Of a stretch of DNA of 64,000 nucleotides, positions 10,531 to 21,005 are shown one piece after another. The DNA is from an uncultured archaeon (lineage in GTDB: Archaea > Asgardarchaeota > Lokiarchaeia > Sigyniarchaeales > SOKP01), in the NCBI GenBank assembly GCA_964486045.1, contig CAZALK010000001.1:920837-984836 (forward strand), written 5' to 3'. Within the stretch, counting starts at the first letter, position 1. Each line of letters opens with the position of its first letter. Position numbers and translations under genes: made by a program. Under the pieces are notes generated by a model, which searched no databases, was not told the origin of the DNA, and saw only the letters and a list, made by a program, of their open reading frames with translations.

Positions 10531-11069
10531 AAGTAATTTTTCAATTGTTAATACTTAGATATTAGCTTGACTAATTTAATTATTTTATCAATTGACTAAT
10601 TATGCACTTGAACTATAGCAGAAAGCTTTCAAACCGTTTATTATAACTCGAAAACATACAAGAACGCTAAATTTCAACCGCGTTTAAATTTAGAGGCCGG
10701 AAAAACACGATACAAAAGTATTGAACTTAATATTTATTTCATTCATGTTTATAATTATTTGTAAGATCTTAGCAAATTTGTTTTAAAAAATAGAATTTGC
10801 CTGATACAGGTAATATTAGCACCATTTCCTAAAAAAATAGTTTATACATTTAAAATTAAGTCTTTAGGATTTATTACCATTCGCTAATTCTTACATCCAG
10901 ATGATGTGGGTTGAAACGGTTTTGGTTTTTGAATTAAAGTTAACTACTAATAAAGATCGGGATAAAATGTGAGTAAATATTGCATTTTTTTTTGTAAGTA
11001 AAAAATAGAATACGTAAATAGCTGTTAAAGTTTGGTAAAAAATAAATAGTTAATAATTATTCCACAATT

Positions 11070-11834
11070 ATGCATTTTAAATTTTGGTTGAAAACATATT
11101 TATATCGCTTTATTCCATTTAATATAGGGCATCTACATAAATATAAAGAACCTAACTATGACTTCAGTCGTGATAAACATCCTGTTCGAAAAAAACATCA
11201 TGGAGGTGGTGGTTGGGAAAATCAAATGCAAGAAGATTTTCATTACCGTGATTATGAAGATTATGAAGAATATAAAATTCATCAAATACAGAAATTTAAT
11301 GAAATATTAAAAATCGGTTATTTTTCTAATCGAACAATATATTTTTACCGAATAAAATTTTATAAAACTTTTTATAATTTATCAAAATACGTGCCAAAAT
11401 CTTCTTATATTCTATGCGCTGGTGCTCGTCAGGGAACCGAAGTAGAAGTTTTACAAGATCTTGGATTTAAGAAAGCTTATGGAATTGATTTAAATCCCGG
11501 ACCAAATAATAAATTTGTCAAATTTGGGGATTTCATGCATTTAGAGAATCCCAACTCCTCCTTAGATATGATTTACTGCAATTGTCTTGATCACGCATAT
11601 AATCTTGAATCATTTTTTACTGAGCATGCACGTGTAATAAAACCAAAAGGATTTGTATTGTATCATATACCATTAAGAGGTGGAGGTCCATTTGAATCTG
11701 TTAATTGGAAATCTAGTACATCAATTATTATCCTAATGCTTAAATTCTTTAAAAGAATTATAAAAGTAGAGACAGAATTCAATCTAAAATGGATCTTATT
11801 ACAAGGGAAAAAGAATGCAACGAATCAATTATAA
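11070..11834 (+). CDS. Class I SAM-dependent methyltransferase
   Basis: ILCAGARQGTE motif I variant, GIDL, GDF, LDH, ARVIKPKG. Confidence 0.75.
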   Translation: MHFKFWLKTYLYRFIPFNIGHLHKYKEPNYDFSRDKHPVRKKHHGGGGWENQMQEDFHYRDYEDYEEYKIHQIQKFNEILKIGYFSNRTIYFYRIKFYKTFYNLSKYVPKSSYILCAGARQGTEVEVLQDLGFKKAYGIDLNPGPNNKFVKFGDFMHLENPNSSLDMIYCNCLDHAYNLESFFTEHARVIKPKGFVLYHIPLRGGGPFESVNWKSSTSIIILMLKFFKRIIKVETEFNLKWILLQGKKNATNQL

Positions 11835-11988
11835 TATTAATATTTAATTCAAAGAAATCAAATTTTGTTTGATTAAATGAGATTTTCACATTTATGAATT
11901 ATATCCTTATTTTAAAATTAAACTCATTCAAAGATAAATAGTCCTAAGAAGAATATATATAAATTAAATATCAAATTATTATTTAAAA

Positions 11989-12821
11989 ATGAGATATTAT
12001 GATGAGATTAATAAAAGGCTACTTTACTTTAGAAAAAAAGTAGATGGAAAAGACTTATGGGATAATCATTGGTTAAAAACTTTAAATGAAGACAGAAAAT
12101 TAATATATTCTTATAAGCCAAAATCTTTGGTTTGTAAAATAACTTCTAAATTTTTGACTCCCAGAGATGGACCTATACTTGAAGGTGGGTGTGGATTAGG
12201 ATATAATGTATATCACTTAAGTAAACTGAATTATAAAATTATTGGTGTTGATAACGCTAATAAAACTATAGAATTAATTAAAAAACAGAATCCCGAATTA
12301 AATTTTCAATTTGGGGATGTAAGAAAATTATCATATCAAAAAAATTATTTTGCAGGATACTGGTCATTAGGTGTAATAGAGCATTTTTTTGATGGCTTTT
12401 CTCAAATCGCTTTAGAAATGAAGAGGGTTATAAAACCAAACGGTTTTTTATTTCTTACATTTCCATATATGTCGCCGTTTAGGAAATTGAAAGTAAAGTT
12501 TCACTTCTTCAAAATATTTAATAATACATATTACGAAAAATTCAAAAAACTAAGAATTTCTATCAGTTTATTCTTAATAAGAAAAATATTGTTGAGATTT
12601 TTGAAAAAATTGGCTTCATTCATAAATATACATCCAAGGAGGGGGGCATAAAAGGATTTAAAGATGAAATCTTCTTTTTAAAATTTTTTCTGAAAAGATT
12701 TTTTCAATTGCTCTATAAAGCCAATAAACCAAAAATAGTCAATAAAATAAAGAGATTAATAGATAAGGTTTTTAGCAAATTTACAGCTCATACCATTGTT
12801 TTAGTATTTCAAAAGGCTTAA
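11989..12821 (+). CDS. Class I SAM-dependent methyltransferase, split by a 1-nt frameshift near 12544-12549
   Basis: LEGGCGLG, GVD, GDV, SLGVIEHF, RVIKPNG; the reading continues in another frame after the A6 run as KNFYQFILNKKNIV...HTIVLVFQKA* ending at 12821. Confidence 0.75.
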
Positions 12822-12893
12822 ATTTTACAATAAAAAAAACTATTATAATTAACACCTATAAAATTCATAAATTAGCTGATTTAAACTAATAAT

Positions 12894-14549
12894 ATGGCAA
12901 TAAGAGATCTTACAGACAACAAAAATTATTTTGAGAAATTACCAAATATCGTGCTTATATCATGGCATTATGATAACGAATCTATTGGTCCCTATCCTTA
13001 TTGTGGGAGACGTGAAATAATCTGCGGACCTAACCTGCAAAATAGAGATTCTAAAGAAAGAAAATTTATTCGTACAAGTGGACGTTTTTTTGATATAGAT
13101 GAAGTGCTTTCACAGCTAAATGAAAATGATCAAAAAATTGATTTAATTGTTTCTATCCTTGAAAGTAGCAATAAAATCAGTTTTCCAAAAAATTTATCTA
13201 AAATAAAATGTCCTAAACTTGCTTTAGTTACTGACACACATCATTCAATGTACCCTATAAGTTCAGTAATTCGTTACATAAAACGCGAAAAATTTGAACA
13301 TATGCTTATTTTTGCACAACCAGCTCACTTACATTTTTTTTATGAAGCAAGTATTAAACATTGTGCATATATTCCACGGCCTGTACTGAAGCTCGAAACA
13401 GTGGATAATAAAAAACCTTGGGTAACATTCATTGGAAAAAGGTGGAAATCCTCACATCCACGTCGCAGTAGGATGTTACAATTTTTAGAAAAAAAGTTGC
13501 CCAAGAAAAATATCCCATTTCATAGATATAACCGTCTTTCCAAACCAAATTGGAGAAAAGTTTTAACCCATTCAAAAATAGTTGTTGTTAGTAGTTTAAA
13601 TGGACAAATAACTCCTCAAATATATAGTGCCCTTTGTGCTGGAGCATTATGTCTCGCTGACGAATTAAGTTCACAAACATCCCTTTATCGATTTTTTGAA
13701 CCTGGAAAACATTTCGTTGAATGGAATAGTTTTGAAGATTTGCTAGAAAAAATTATTTATTATTATAATCATCCTGGCGAAGCAGAAGCAATTGCTAAAG
13801 CAGGGAATCTCCAAGCTGAAAATATATACATAAGTTATGAAAGTTTTCCACATTTTGTTTCAGAATTTGTTTTTGAAAATAAAATTGATGAATGTTTATT
13901 AGCTATAAAAGATCATCGATGTCAGGAAAATAGTAATGAAGCACGGGAATATTTTAATGCAAGAGTAAGGTTATATGAAAATATTCAAGAATTGCACCGT
14001 ATTCACGAATCTTTGAGGTTAATTTCGATGACAGATAAAAATCTTAAACCATCCGCAGATTTAGCTGATTTACAAAGATTAAAAATAACTCATACTTTTA
14101 TTTCTGATATTTCAAAAAAAGAAGCTGACTTTTACTTTGAGAGTGTTGGAGTGAGTCATCAAATAAAAACAATTATGATAAATAAAATACAAAAATATCG
14201 TTCATTTGATATTGGAATTTTAGAAACCCCAACAAACCAAGCTGTTTGGAAATTTCTGGTGAATAATATTTCGAGTCTACTTAAATTGAATTCATTATTA
14301 TGGGTGTTAGGCAAACTAACATCTAATGATAAAGAGATTTTAAAAGGAGAAGGTTTTAAACCTTATTTCTTGAATAAAACTTCAGCAATGTCAACAATTA
14401 GAGAAAAGAGTAAAAAGCTATGTTTTTTGTTTTGGAAAATGGGGATGTATCCTTTCCCATACTTAACATTAAAACCAACTATGGAAACAACTACTAATCT
14501 AAATGTATTTCTACGAGGTTGGCAGTCTAATTTATCATTTATATATTAG
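12894..14549 (+). CDS. Glycosyltransferase-like protein (CgeB/Glyco_trans_1_2 type domain plus C-terminal extension)
   Basis: VTDTHH, VTFIG, SLNGQ..IYSALCAGA, FEPGKHFVEWNSFEDLLEKIIYYYNHPGEAEAIAKAG is the typical CgeB-like C-terminal signature. Confidence 0.7.
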   Translation: MAIRDLTDNKNYFEKLPNIVLISWHYDNESIGPYPYCGRREIICGPNLQNRDSKERKFIRTSGRFFDIDEVLSQLNENDQKIDLIVSILESSNKISFPKNLSKIKCPKLALVTDTHHSMYPISSVIRYIKREKFEHMLIFAQPAHLHFFYEASIKHCAYIPRPVLKLETVDNKKPWVTFIGKRWKSSHPRRSRMLQFLEKKLPKKNIPFHRYNRLSKPNWRKVLTHSKIVVVSSLNGQITPQIYSALCAGALCLADELSSQTSLYRFFEPGKHFVEWNSFEDLLEKIIYYYNHPGEAEAIAKAGNLQAENIYISYESFPHFVSEFVFENKIDECLLAIKDHRCQENSNEAREYFNARVRLYENIQELHRIHESLRLISMTDKNLKPSADLADLQRLKITHTFISDISKKEADFYFESVGVSHQIKTIMINKIQKYRSFDIGILETPTNQAVWKFLVNNISSLLKLNSLLWVLGKLTSNDKEILKGEGFKPYFLNKTSAMSTIREKSKKLCFLFWKMGMYPFPYLTLKPTMETTTNLNVFLRGWQSNLSFIY

Positions 14550-14649
14550 AATTACTCAAAGTCTTTCGTAACTATAATTTTAAACTCTCAAAGGTATTCG
14601 AATTTAAGTTTAGGAAATGAGTCAGGAGTGTAACACTCATAATTAATAT

Positions 14650-15426
14650 TCATAGATAAATCACGCCTATTCCAGCCCAATTTTGGTTTACGTCTTTGAT
14701 GATCTCAACAGAATCGTACTCATTTTTTATTTCATTCCAAAACTTACTAACCTCACATTCATGCTTGGGGGAAATCTCAACTATATCATGCAATGCAATA
14801 ATACCTCCTTCTTTAACTAAACCCAAGTACATGTTGAAGTCTCTTTTAACACCTTCATAGGTGTGATCTCCATCGATAAATAGAAAATCAACCATTCTAC
14901 CATCAAGAACGATCTTAGCGAGTTCAAGCGTTTTCTGATTATGAGAATCGGCTCTTAATAAATCGATTTTTTGTCTCCTTTTCGCAAAAGATTGATAGAG
15001 AGGGACCTTCCATTTGGTATAACCTCCTCCAAAAGGTCCTCCTGGAAGATCTATACTTATTAGATTGGCTTCGGGATGGGCTATTTTTGTAAAAAGAAAA
15101 AAGGTTCCTCCCCCAGCTGTTCCTATTTCCAAGATTGTTTTAGGTTTTAATTCTTTAAGAATTTCAAGGAGTTTAGTTATCTCATATTTAACTTGACACG
15201 TTCTAATAGTAAAACCAAGATATTGAAAAGAGAAAGCAAACTGAATAATATCCTTAATATCATTAATTTTCTTGATTTCTTTATTTAAAAACTTTCCTTT
15301 ATTCAATTTTAAAACGATTATTGGACTAAGTAATTTCATCACTTTAGAATAAATGTAAAATGCCGATTTCTTAAGAACTGGGGGCATTATCCTATATAGC
15401 TGTAAAATTCTGTTTTTAAATGACAT
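14650..15426 (-). CDS. Class I methyltransferase (Methyltransf_24 type)
   Basis: ILEIGTAGGGT, SIDL, DFLFIDGDHTYEGVKRDF, GGIIALHDI, GIGVI. Confidence 0.85.
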   Translation of the reverse strand: MSFKNRILQLYRIMPPVLKKSAFYIYSKVMKLLSPIIVLKLNKGKFLNKEIKKINDIKDIIQFAFSFQYLGFTIRTCQVKYEITKLLEILKELKPKTILEIGTAGGGTFFLFTKIAHPEANLISIDLPGGPFGGGYTKWKVPLYQSFAKRRQKIDLLRADSHNQKTLELAKIVLDGRMVDFLFIDGDHTYEGVKRDFNMYLGLVKEGGIIALHDIVEISPKHECEVSKFWNEIKNEYDSVEIIKDVNQNWAGIGVIYL

Positions 15427-15959
15427 ATTATTGCAACATTATTTATACAATTGAGTAATGTAATTTAAGTACTTGATTATTATTAGGTTGTCTATTTTCT
15501 TGTTGATACATTGTTACGATTATAGAGTCATTGAAAGGACTTCTTACTACGCGGGTATTTTTAATTTTATAAATCAAAAATCTATGAAGTAGAAGATATG
15601 AAAATCCTTAATGATTGTGCTAATAATCCAATTAATAAAAACCTTGTTAGGGTATGTAATAAGGCTAGACCGATAGAAATCGATGAAAATATTAAAATTC
15701 CAATCAAATTTTTTTATTTTTCTTCTTTTAAATTTATAATTTTATCGTAAATAAAAGTAAAAATGGTAAATAATACCAAAAAAAGAAAATGGAATTGAAG
15801 GTCAATATGGGAAACTAAAGTTTATTGAAAACTAATTTAAGATAGATCTATCAAATCCACTTTAAAAGGTTTTAAATTGTGGATCTCGTAAATTAAAAAG
15901 ATTACATATTTTTGATAAAGATAAAATTTTAAATTTTAAAAGCCATACCAAATATACTT

Positions 15960-16529
15960 ATGGCACATAAAGAACAAAGAGATTTTATAAAAAGGCTTAA
16001 AAAAGAATTCCCGAAGGCATTTAAAGAGCGTAAAGTGTTGGACATAGGTTCTTTTGATGTGAATGGCAATGAAGAACCATTTTTTGACAATTGTGACTTT
16101 ATTGGATTGGATATAGGTCCTGGGCCAGGTGTTCATGTTGTTTGTCCAATACAAGATTATAATGCTCCCGATGAAACATTTGGTACCATTATTTCGTGTG
16201 AATGTTGGGAACATAACCCATTCTTTAAAGAAAGTATTCCGAATGTGATAAGAATGTTAAAATCAGGAGGTTATTTCATTTTTACTTGTGCCACCACCGG
16301 TAGACCAGTTCATGGGGTTGCTTCAATGGAAAAAGAATGTAAAGAAAAATATGAAAATTGGAAAACAATGCCAAATGTTTCACGAGAGAACTGGGATAAT
16401 GAATATTATAAAACCTTAACAGAATCTGATATAAGAGAATGTATGGATGTAGATGAAATATTTAAAGAATATGAATTTGAAGTGGAGACTAATCACTGCG
16501 ATTTATATTTCTGGGGGATTAAAAAATAA
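15960..16529 (+). CDS. Class I SAM-dependent methyltransferase
   Basis: VLDIGSFDVNG, GLDIGPGPGV, SCECWEHNP, LKSGG. Confidence 0.8.
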   Translation: MAHKEQRDFIKRLKKEFPKAFKERKVLDIGSFDVNGNEEPFFDNCDFIGLDIGPGPGVHVVCPIQDYNAPDETFGTIISCECWEHNPFFKESIPNVIRMLKSGGYFIFTCATTGRPVHGVASMEKECKEKYENWKTMPNVSRENWDNEYYKTLTESDIRECMDVDEIFKEYEFEVETNHCDLYFWGIKK

Positions 16530-16722
16530 AAATTAAGATATAATTGTAAGATCAATACATATTTCAAAATGAAACTACGTTTTAACCTCCTCGGGATTAT
16601 ACTTTTATCAAATAACAATAAACAATACTCTTTCCTTCAATTAATTATATTAATATATTTTTAACGCTTTCACTGGAATTTTAAAAAATATTTAATTAAA
16701 AGAACTTATTTATCCCTATTAA

Positions 16723-17640
16723 ATGAGAAATACAGATCAATCAAAAAATAACTATTTTTCAATTTTAATGGCTAATTTTAATAATGCCAGATTTATTAAG
16801 ACTGCTATAAACAGTGTCATTTCTCAGACATATCCATACTGGGAATTAATTATTGTAGATGATTGTTCTACAGATAATTCATTAACTATTATTAATCATT
16901 TACTAAAAGATGATAGAATTAAATTAATAAGACATGAAAGAAATCAGGGATATGGAGGTTCTTTAAAAACTGCTGCAGCTAACGGATTAAATGATATAAT
17001 TGGAATAGTTGATGCAGATGATAAGCTCCATAAAGATGCTTTAAAAATTATTGCAGATGCTTATCAAAAAAATCCTGATTATGGTTTTATTTATAGTACT
17101 ATGTGGGAATGTGACGCCCAATTAAAGAATTGCATAAAAAACAGATGGATAGGATATGACGTGCCAAAAAAAACAAATATTTTTAAAATTAAGATATCTC
17201 ATTTTAAAACTTTTCTAAGAAGAGCTTATTTAAAGACATCTGGTTTCGATCCAGACCAAAAGAGAGCTGTGGATAAAGATATTATTTTTAAATTAGAAGA
17301 AGTAACTAAATTCAAATTTGTAAATATTCCCCTATATTATTACAGATGGCATAGGGAAGGAATCTCACAAGCTAAAAGTTCATTTCAACCAGAATTTTAC
17401 CATTATCTAGCGAAATTAAAAGCCTATAAAAGAAGACTGAATACGAAAATTCCCAACTTCACTAGAAAACAGATTTCTTTTGAATACTATAGAATAACCT
17501 TTTATAAAGTAATCCATTTTCTGCTTTATTTGTATGACAAATTAAAAATTAGAGCTCTAGTTAAAGGATCGCTAGAAAAAAACTATTATATTCTTGAGTC
17601 CATTAAATTGAAGCTAAGATTTCTAAAAAAATTTAATTAA
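16723..17640 (+). CDS. Glycosyltransferase family 2
   Basis: SILMANFN..AINSVISQTYPYWELIIVDDCSTD, DxD motif VDADD. Confidence 0.9.
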   Translation: MRNTDQSKNNYFSILMANFNNARFIKTAINSVISQTYPYWELIIVDDCSTDNSLTIINHLLKDDRIKLIRHERNQGYGGSLKTAAANGLNDIIGIVDADDKLHKDALKIIADAYQKNPDYGFIYSTMWECDAQLKNCIKNRWIGYDVPKKTNIFKIKISHFKTFLRRAYLKTSGFDPDQKRAVDKDIIFKLEEVTKFKFVNIPLYYYRWHREGISQAKSSFQPEFYHYLAKLKAYKRRLNTKIPNFTRKQISFEYYRITFYKVIHFLLYLYDKLKIRALVKGSLEKNYYILESIKLKLRFLKKFN

Positions 17641-18768
17641 TTATGTCTTATAAAGCAGTTCTTCAATTAAATTGACCCATTTATTAAAAAATTTACTTTT
17701 TACGAAAATATTAATGCGTTCGGTTGATTTTTTGGAAAATCTTTCTCTGGCTTCTTGGTTTTTAGCTAAATAAATCATTTTTTCCCCTAAATCACTTGAA
17801 TCTGCTACATTAGTTAAAATGCCATATTTTCCATTGGCTAGTATTTCTTTTGGGCCTGTTTCGCAGTCGGTTGAAACTATTGGTAGGTTACAAACTAAAG
17901 CTTCAATTAACACAGTAGGGAGACCTTCGTGTAGAGAAGAAAGTACAAAGATATCCGCTTTTGAAAGGTATTTATAAGGATTCTTCTTAGTTCCAAGTAG
18001 AATCACCTTATTTTCTAGTTGTTTATCTTTTATTGATTTCATTAATTTTGCTCTTAATGGTCCCTCCCCAATTATAAACAATCTAGAATTGGGGATTTCT
18101 TTAATCACTTTAGAAAAGGCATTAATCAGGTATTTATGTCCTTTTTCCTTTGATAATCTACCAATCGTTATGAATTTGATTAAACTTGTATTATTTAGTA
18201 TTTCATTATAATCACTAACGTTTTCTTTTGCTAGTTTTTGGATTCCTTCAATATCGAAACCATTATAAATCGGCCTAATTTTCATTCCATCCAATCTATA
18301 CTTATTAACTAAAATATTTTTAAGCTCTTTTGAAACAGGTACAATTGTACTTACTTTTTTTAAAGGATATAAGAATCTAATTAAATATTTTCCGTATAGT
18401 CTTTTACGATAATGAAAATTTGGATTAGTATTTAAACTTATAATTAGTGGAGAATCATTTTTGTATATATACATAAATGGAATAATCCAGAAACTTGTTT
18501 TATTCATAAAAGTAATAATAATATCTGGGGAAATCGATTTAATTATTTTGTGAATTTTGAAATACCTTAAAAAAACACCTCTAAAATGATGTCTTTCTTG
18601 AATAGTATAATATTTCCCTTTGAAGGGATAAATCTCAGGGAAATGAAAAAAAGTAAGTATAGAGATATCATACTTTTTTGACAAATTTAAAGAAAGATCT
18701 GAAGCTACTTTTTCAGCACCTCCACCAAACATTAAGGAGGGGACTAAAATTAAAATTTTTTTACTCAT
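17641..18768 (-). CDS. Glycosyltransferase family 4
   Basis: GGGAEK, IYNG, IGRLSKEKG, GEGP, EGLPTVLIEA (E-x7-E), TDCETGPKEIL. Confidence 0.9.
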   Translation of the reverse strand: MSKKILILVPSLMFGGGAEKVASDLSLNLSKKYDISILTFFHFPEIYPFKGKYYTIQERHHFRGVFLRYFKIHKIIKSISPDIIITFMNKTSFWIIPFMYIYKNDSPLIISLNTNPNFHYRKRLYGKYLIRFLYPLKKVSTIVPVSKELKNILVNKYRLDGMKIRPIYNGFDIEGIQKLAKENVSDYNEILNNTSLIKFITIGRLSKEKGHKYLINAFSKVIKEIPNSRLFIIGEGPLRAKLMKSIKDKQLENKVILLGTKKNPYKYLSKADIFVLSSLHEGLPTVLIEALVCNLPIVSTDCETGPKEILANGKYGILTNVADSSDLGEKMIYLAKNQEARERFSKKSTERINIFVKSKFFNKWVNLIEELLYKT

Positions 18769-18977
18769 CAGTAGGATTTTATTCTATTTCAGGAATATAT
18801 ATTAGTAGTTTTAAATGGCTTTAAATTGTTAAAATTTATTAAATTTTAGATGAAGGTTAAGTATTTACTTTAGGTTCATTACTGAAAAAACTTAAGGAAA
18901 TAGAATATTATTAAAATCCACCAGAGTATTTAATAATTAAATTAAAAACAAATAAATTATTACTACTAAATCATACT

Positions 18978-20129
18978 ATGGACGATCTTATCCCTATTGA
19001 GGAAGTTGTTAAAGAAAATCCTCGAGTTAAAGAACTTGAACAACAAGGTTTTATCATCAAACCTGAAAAGATTGATGAATACTTAAATGAGTTTAAGAAC
19101 AGGATATCTGCTTTACCTGATGAAAAATTCTGGAATGACAAAAGAGTGTTAATAACTGGAATTAGTGGGTTTGCAGGAAGCCATTTAGCAGAACAATTAT
19201 TAAATTTAGGTTGTAAAGTTCATGGGACTATACGTAGGCATGCTGTGCCTATGCATGAGAATATCGAACATCTTAGAGGTAAAATTACATTACATGAAGC
19301 TGACATCACATCAGCAGAAAGGATTCTTAGCATATTTGAGGAAATACAACCAAACGCTGTATTTCATCTAGCTGCTGAATCTTTTATACCAACTTCTTTT
19401 AGAGAACCCATAAGAGTAAGTTATAATAATATAGTAGGTACAATTACGATTTTTGAAGCCGCAAGAAGGTTTGATGACGATTTAAATAGTATACATGTTG
19501 CTTGTAGTAGCGAACAATACGGTTTAGTAGATCCGAATGAAGTTCCTGTAACAGAAAATATAAAGAAAAACCCATTCCGTCCTAGAAGCATTTATGGAAT
19601 ATCTAAATGCGCAACAGAGCAAATAGCTTGGTTATATCATGATGCTTACGGTGTACCAAGTATTATTACTCGGGGTTTTAATCATGAAGGTCCTAGAAGA
19701 GGAATTCAGTTCGTTACAAGTGTAGTGCATAGACAAATTGTTGAGATTCTGGAAAATAAAAGAGATAAAATAATTATTGGAAATCCTAATTCTATACGAG
19801 ATTTTACACATGTAAAGGATACAGTGAACGCTTATATCTTAACGAGCGAAAAAAAGATTTATGGAGAACCTTTTAATGTTTGTTCTGGGAAAGGAATTAG
19901 CATCGCAGATTACGTGAAATTAGCAAAAAATTTATACAATCTGAATAATGAAGTTTTTATCGACCCGAAAAGGCTTAGACCCAGTGAAGTGCCATTGTTA
20001 GTTGGTAGAAATGAGAAAATTCACCGAAAAACTGGATGGCTACCAACGAGAACTGTTATTGATATTATAAAAGAAGGAGTTCAATACTTTCAAGAACATC
20101 AAGAGCAATTAGGAATTGAAGCCCATTAA
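18978..20129 (+). CDS. gmd: GDP-mannose 4,6-dehydratase-like SDR
   Basis: TGISGFAGSHLA, HLAAESF, SSEQYG, PRSIYGISK, FNHEGPRRG..FVT, GNPNSIRDF, LRPSEV. Confidence 0.75.
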   Translation: MDDLIPIEEVVKENPRVKELEQQGFIIKPEKIDEYLNEFKNRISALPDEKFWNDKRVLITGISGFAGSHLAEQLLNLGCKVHGTIRRHAVPMHENIEHLRGKITLHEADITSAERILSIFEEIQPNAVFHLAAESFIPTSFREPIRVSYNNIVGTITIFEAARRFDDDLNSIHVACSSEQYGLVDPNEVPVTENIKKNPFRPRSIYGISKCATEQIAWLYHDAYGVPSIITRGFNHEGPRRGIQFVTSVVHRQIVEILENKRDKIIIGNPNSIRDFTHVKDTVNAYILTSEKKIYGEPFNVCSGKGISIADYVKLAKNLYNLNNEVFIDPKRLRPSEVPLLVGRNEKIHRKTGWLPTRTVIDIIKEGVQYFQEHQEQLGIEAH

Positions 20130-20156
20130 AGTTTTAATATAATTTATATGAAATAA

Positions 20157-20873
20157 TTATATATTTAATATTTCTTTTTGAATCTGAATCAATTCTAATA
20201 CTCCCTTTTCCCCTAATTCAATTATATCACTTAATTTATCCTTAGAAAATGGTGCACCTTCTGCTGTCCCTTGCACTTCAATAATTTCTGAATCTTCATT
20301 CATCACTAAGTTTAAATCAACATCTACTTTAGAGTCTTCAGCATAATTCAAATCTAGAAGAATTTGATTATCTTTGATACCTAATGAAATAGCTGCTAAA
20401 ACTTTATAATCCGGAAAGTCGTATACCAGTTGTTGATTGTATAAGTAATTCATTGCATCAAAAACTGCAATGAATGCTCCAGTTATGGCTGCACATCTAG
20501 TTCCTCCATCCGCTTGAATCACATCACAATCAATCCTTATTGTTCTTTCCCCAAGTTTCTCGTAATTAAAAGCCGCTCGTAAACTTCTTCCAATCAACCT
20601 TTGAATCTCTTGTGATCTACCTCTATTTGTATCCCTTTGATTTCTAGTTTGAGTAGCCCTAGGTAACATTGAATATTCTGCTGTAATCCATCCTGTTCCC
20701 GTATCTAATAGAAACCTCGGAACTGACTCCATAACTGATGCTGTTACAATAATTTTAGTGTTTCCTTGTGTTATTAAAACAGATCCCTCAGGGTACTTAA
20801 GATAATTCCTTTCAATCTTAATCTTTCTTAACTCGTCAAATTTCCTGCCATCAAATCTTATATTCCCCACCAT
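20157..20873 (-). CDS. rph: Ribonuclease PH, bacterial type
   Basis: GWITAEYSMLPRAT, GRSQEIQRLIGRSLRA, DCDVIQADGGTRCAAITG, LDLNYAEDS, EVQGTAEGAPF. Confidence 0.92.
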   Translation of the reverse strand: MVGNIRFDGRKFDELRKIKIERNYLKYPEGSVLITQGNTKIIVTASVMESVPRFLLDTGTGWITAEYSMLPRATQTRNQRDTNRGRSQEIQRLIGRSLRAAFNYEKLGERTIRIDCDVIQADGGTRCAAITGAFIAVFDAMNYLYNQQLVYDFPDYKVLAAISLGIKDNQILLDLNYAEDSKVDVDLNLVMNEDSEIIEVQGTAEGAPFSKDKLSDIIELGEKGVLELIQIQKEILNI

Positions 20874-21005
20874 CTAATAATAACCAATTTTTGTTAATCT
20901 AATTACTAATAAAAATGATAGTAATTGAAAGTTTTATATGCAAAGAGTCTACTATTATATTTTTTGTTAAGTAAAAAAGTTAATTAAATTCAAGGTAATT
21001 TCTTT

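Noticed and set aside
10900-10920. GTGGGTTGAAAC resembling the 3' end of a CRISPR repeat
   Set aside because: Single occurrence, no regularly spaced copies and no cas genes in the window
14626-14638. Perfect palindrome GAGTGT-A-ACACTC between convergent genes
   Set aside because: Short, single copy and not in a promoter position; compatible with chance
15480-15800. Hydrophobic minus-strand peptide fragment (LIGILIFSSISIGLALLHTL...) as a membrane-protein remnant
   Set aside because: Too short and low-complexity to distinguish from AT-rich noise
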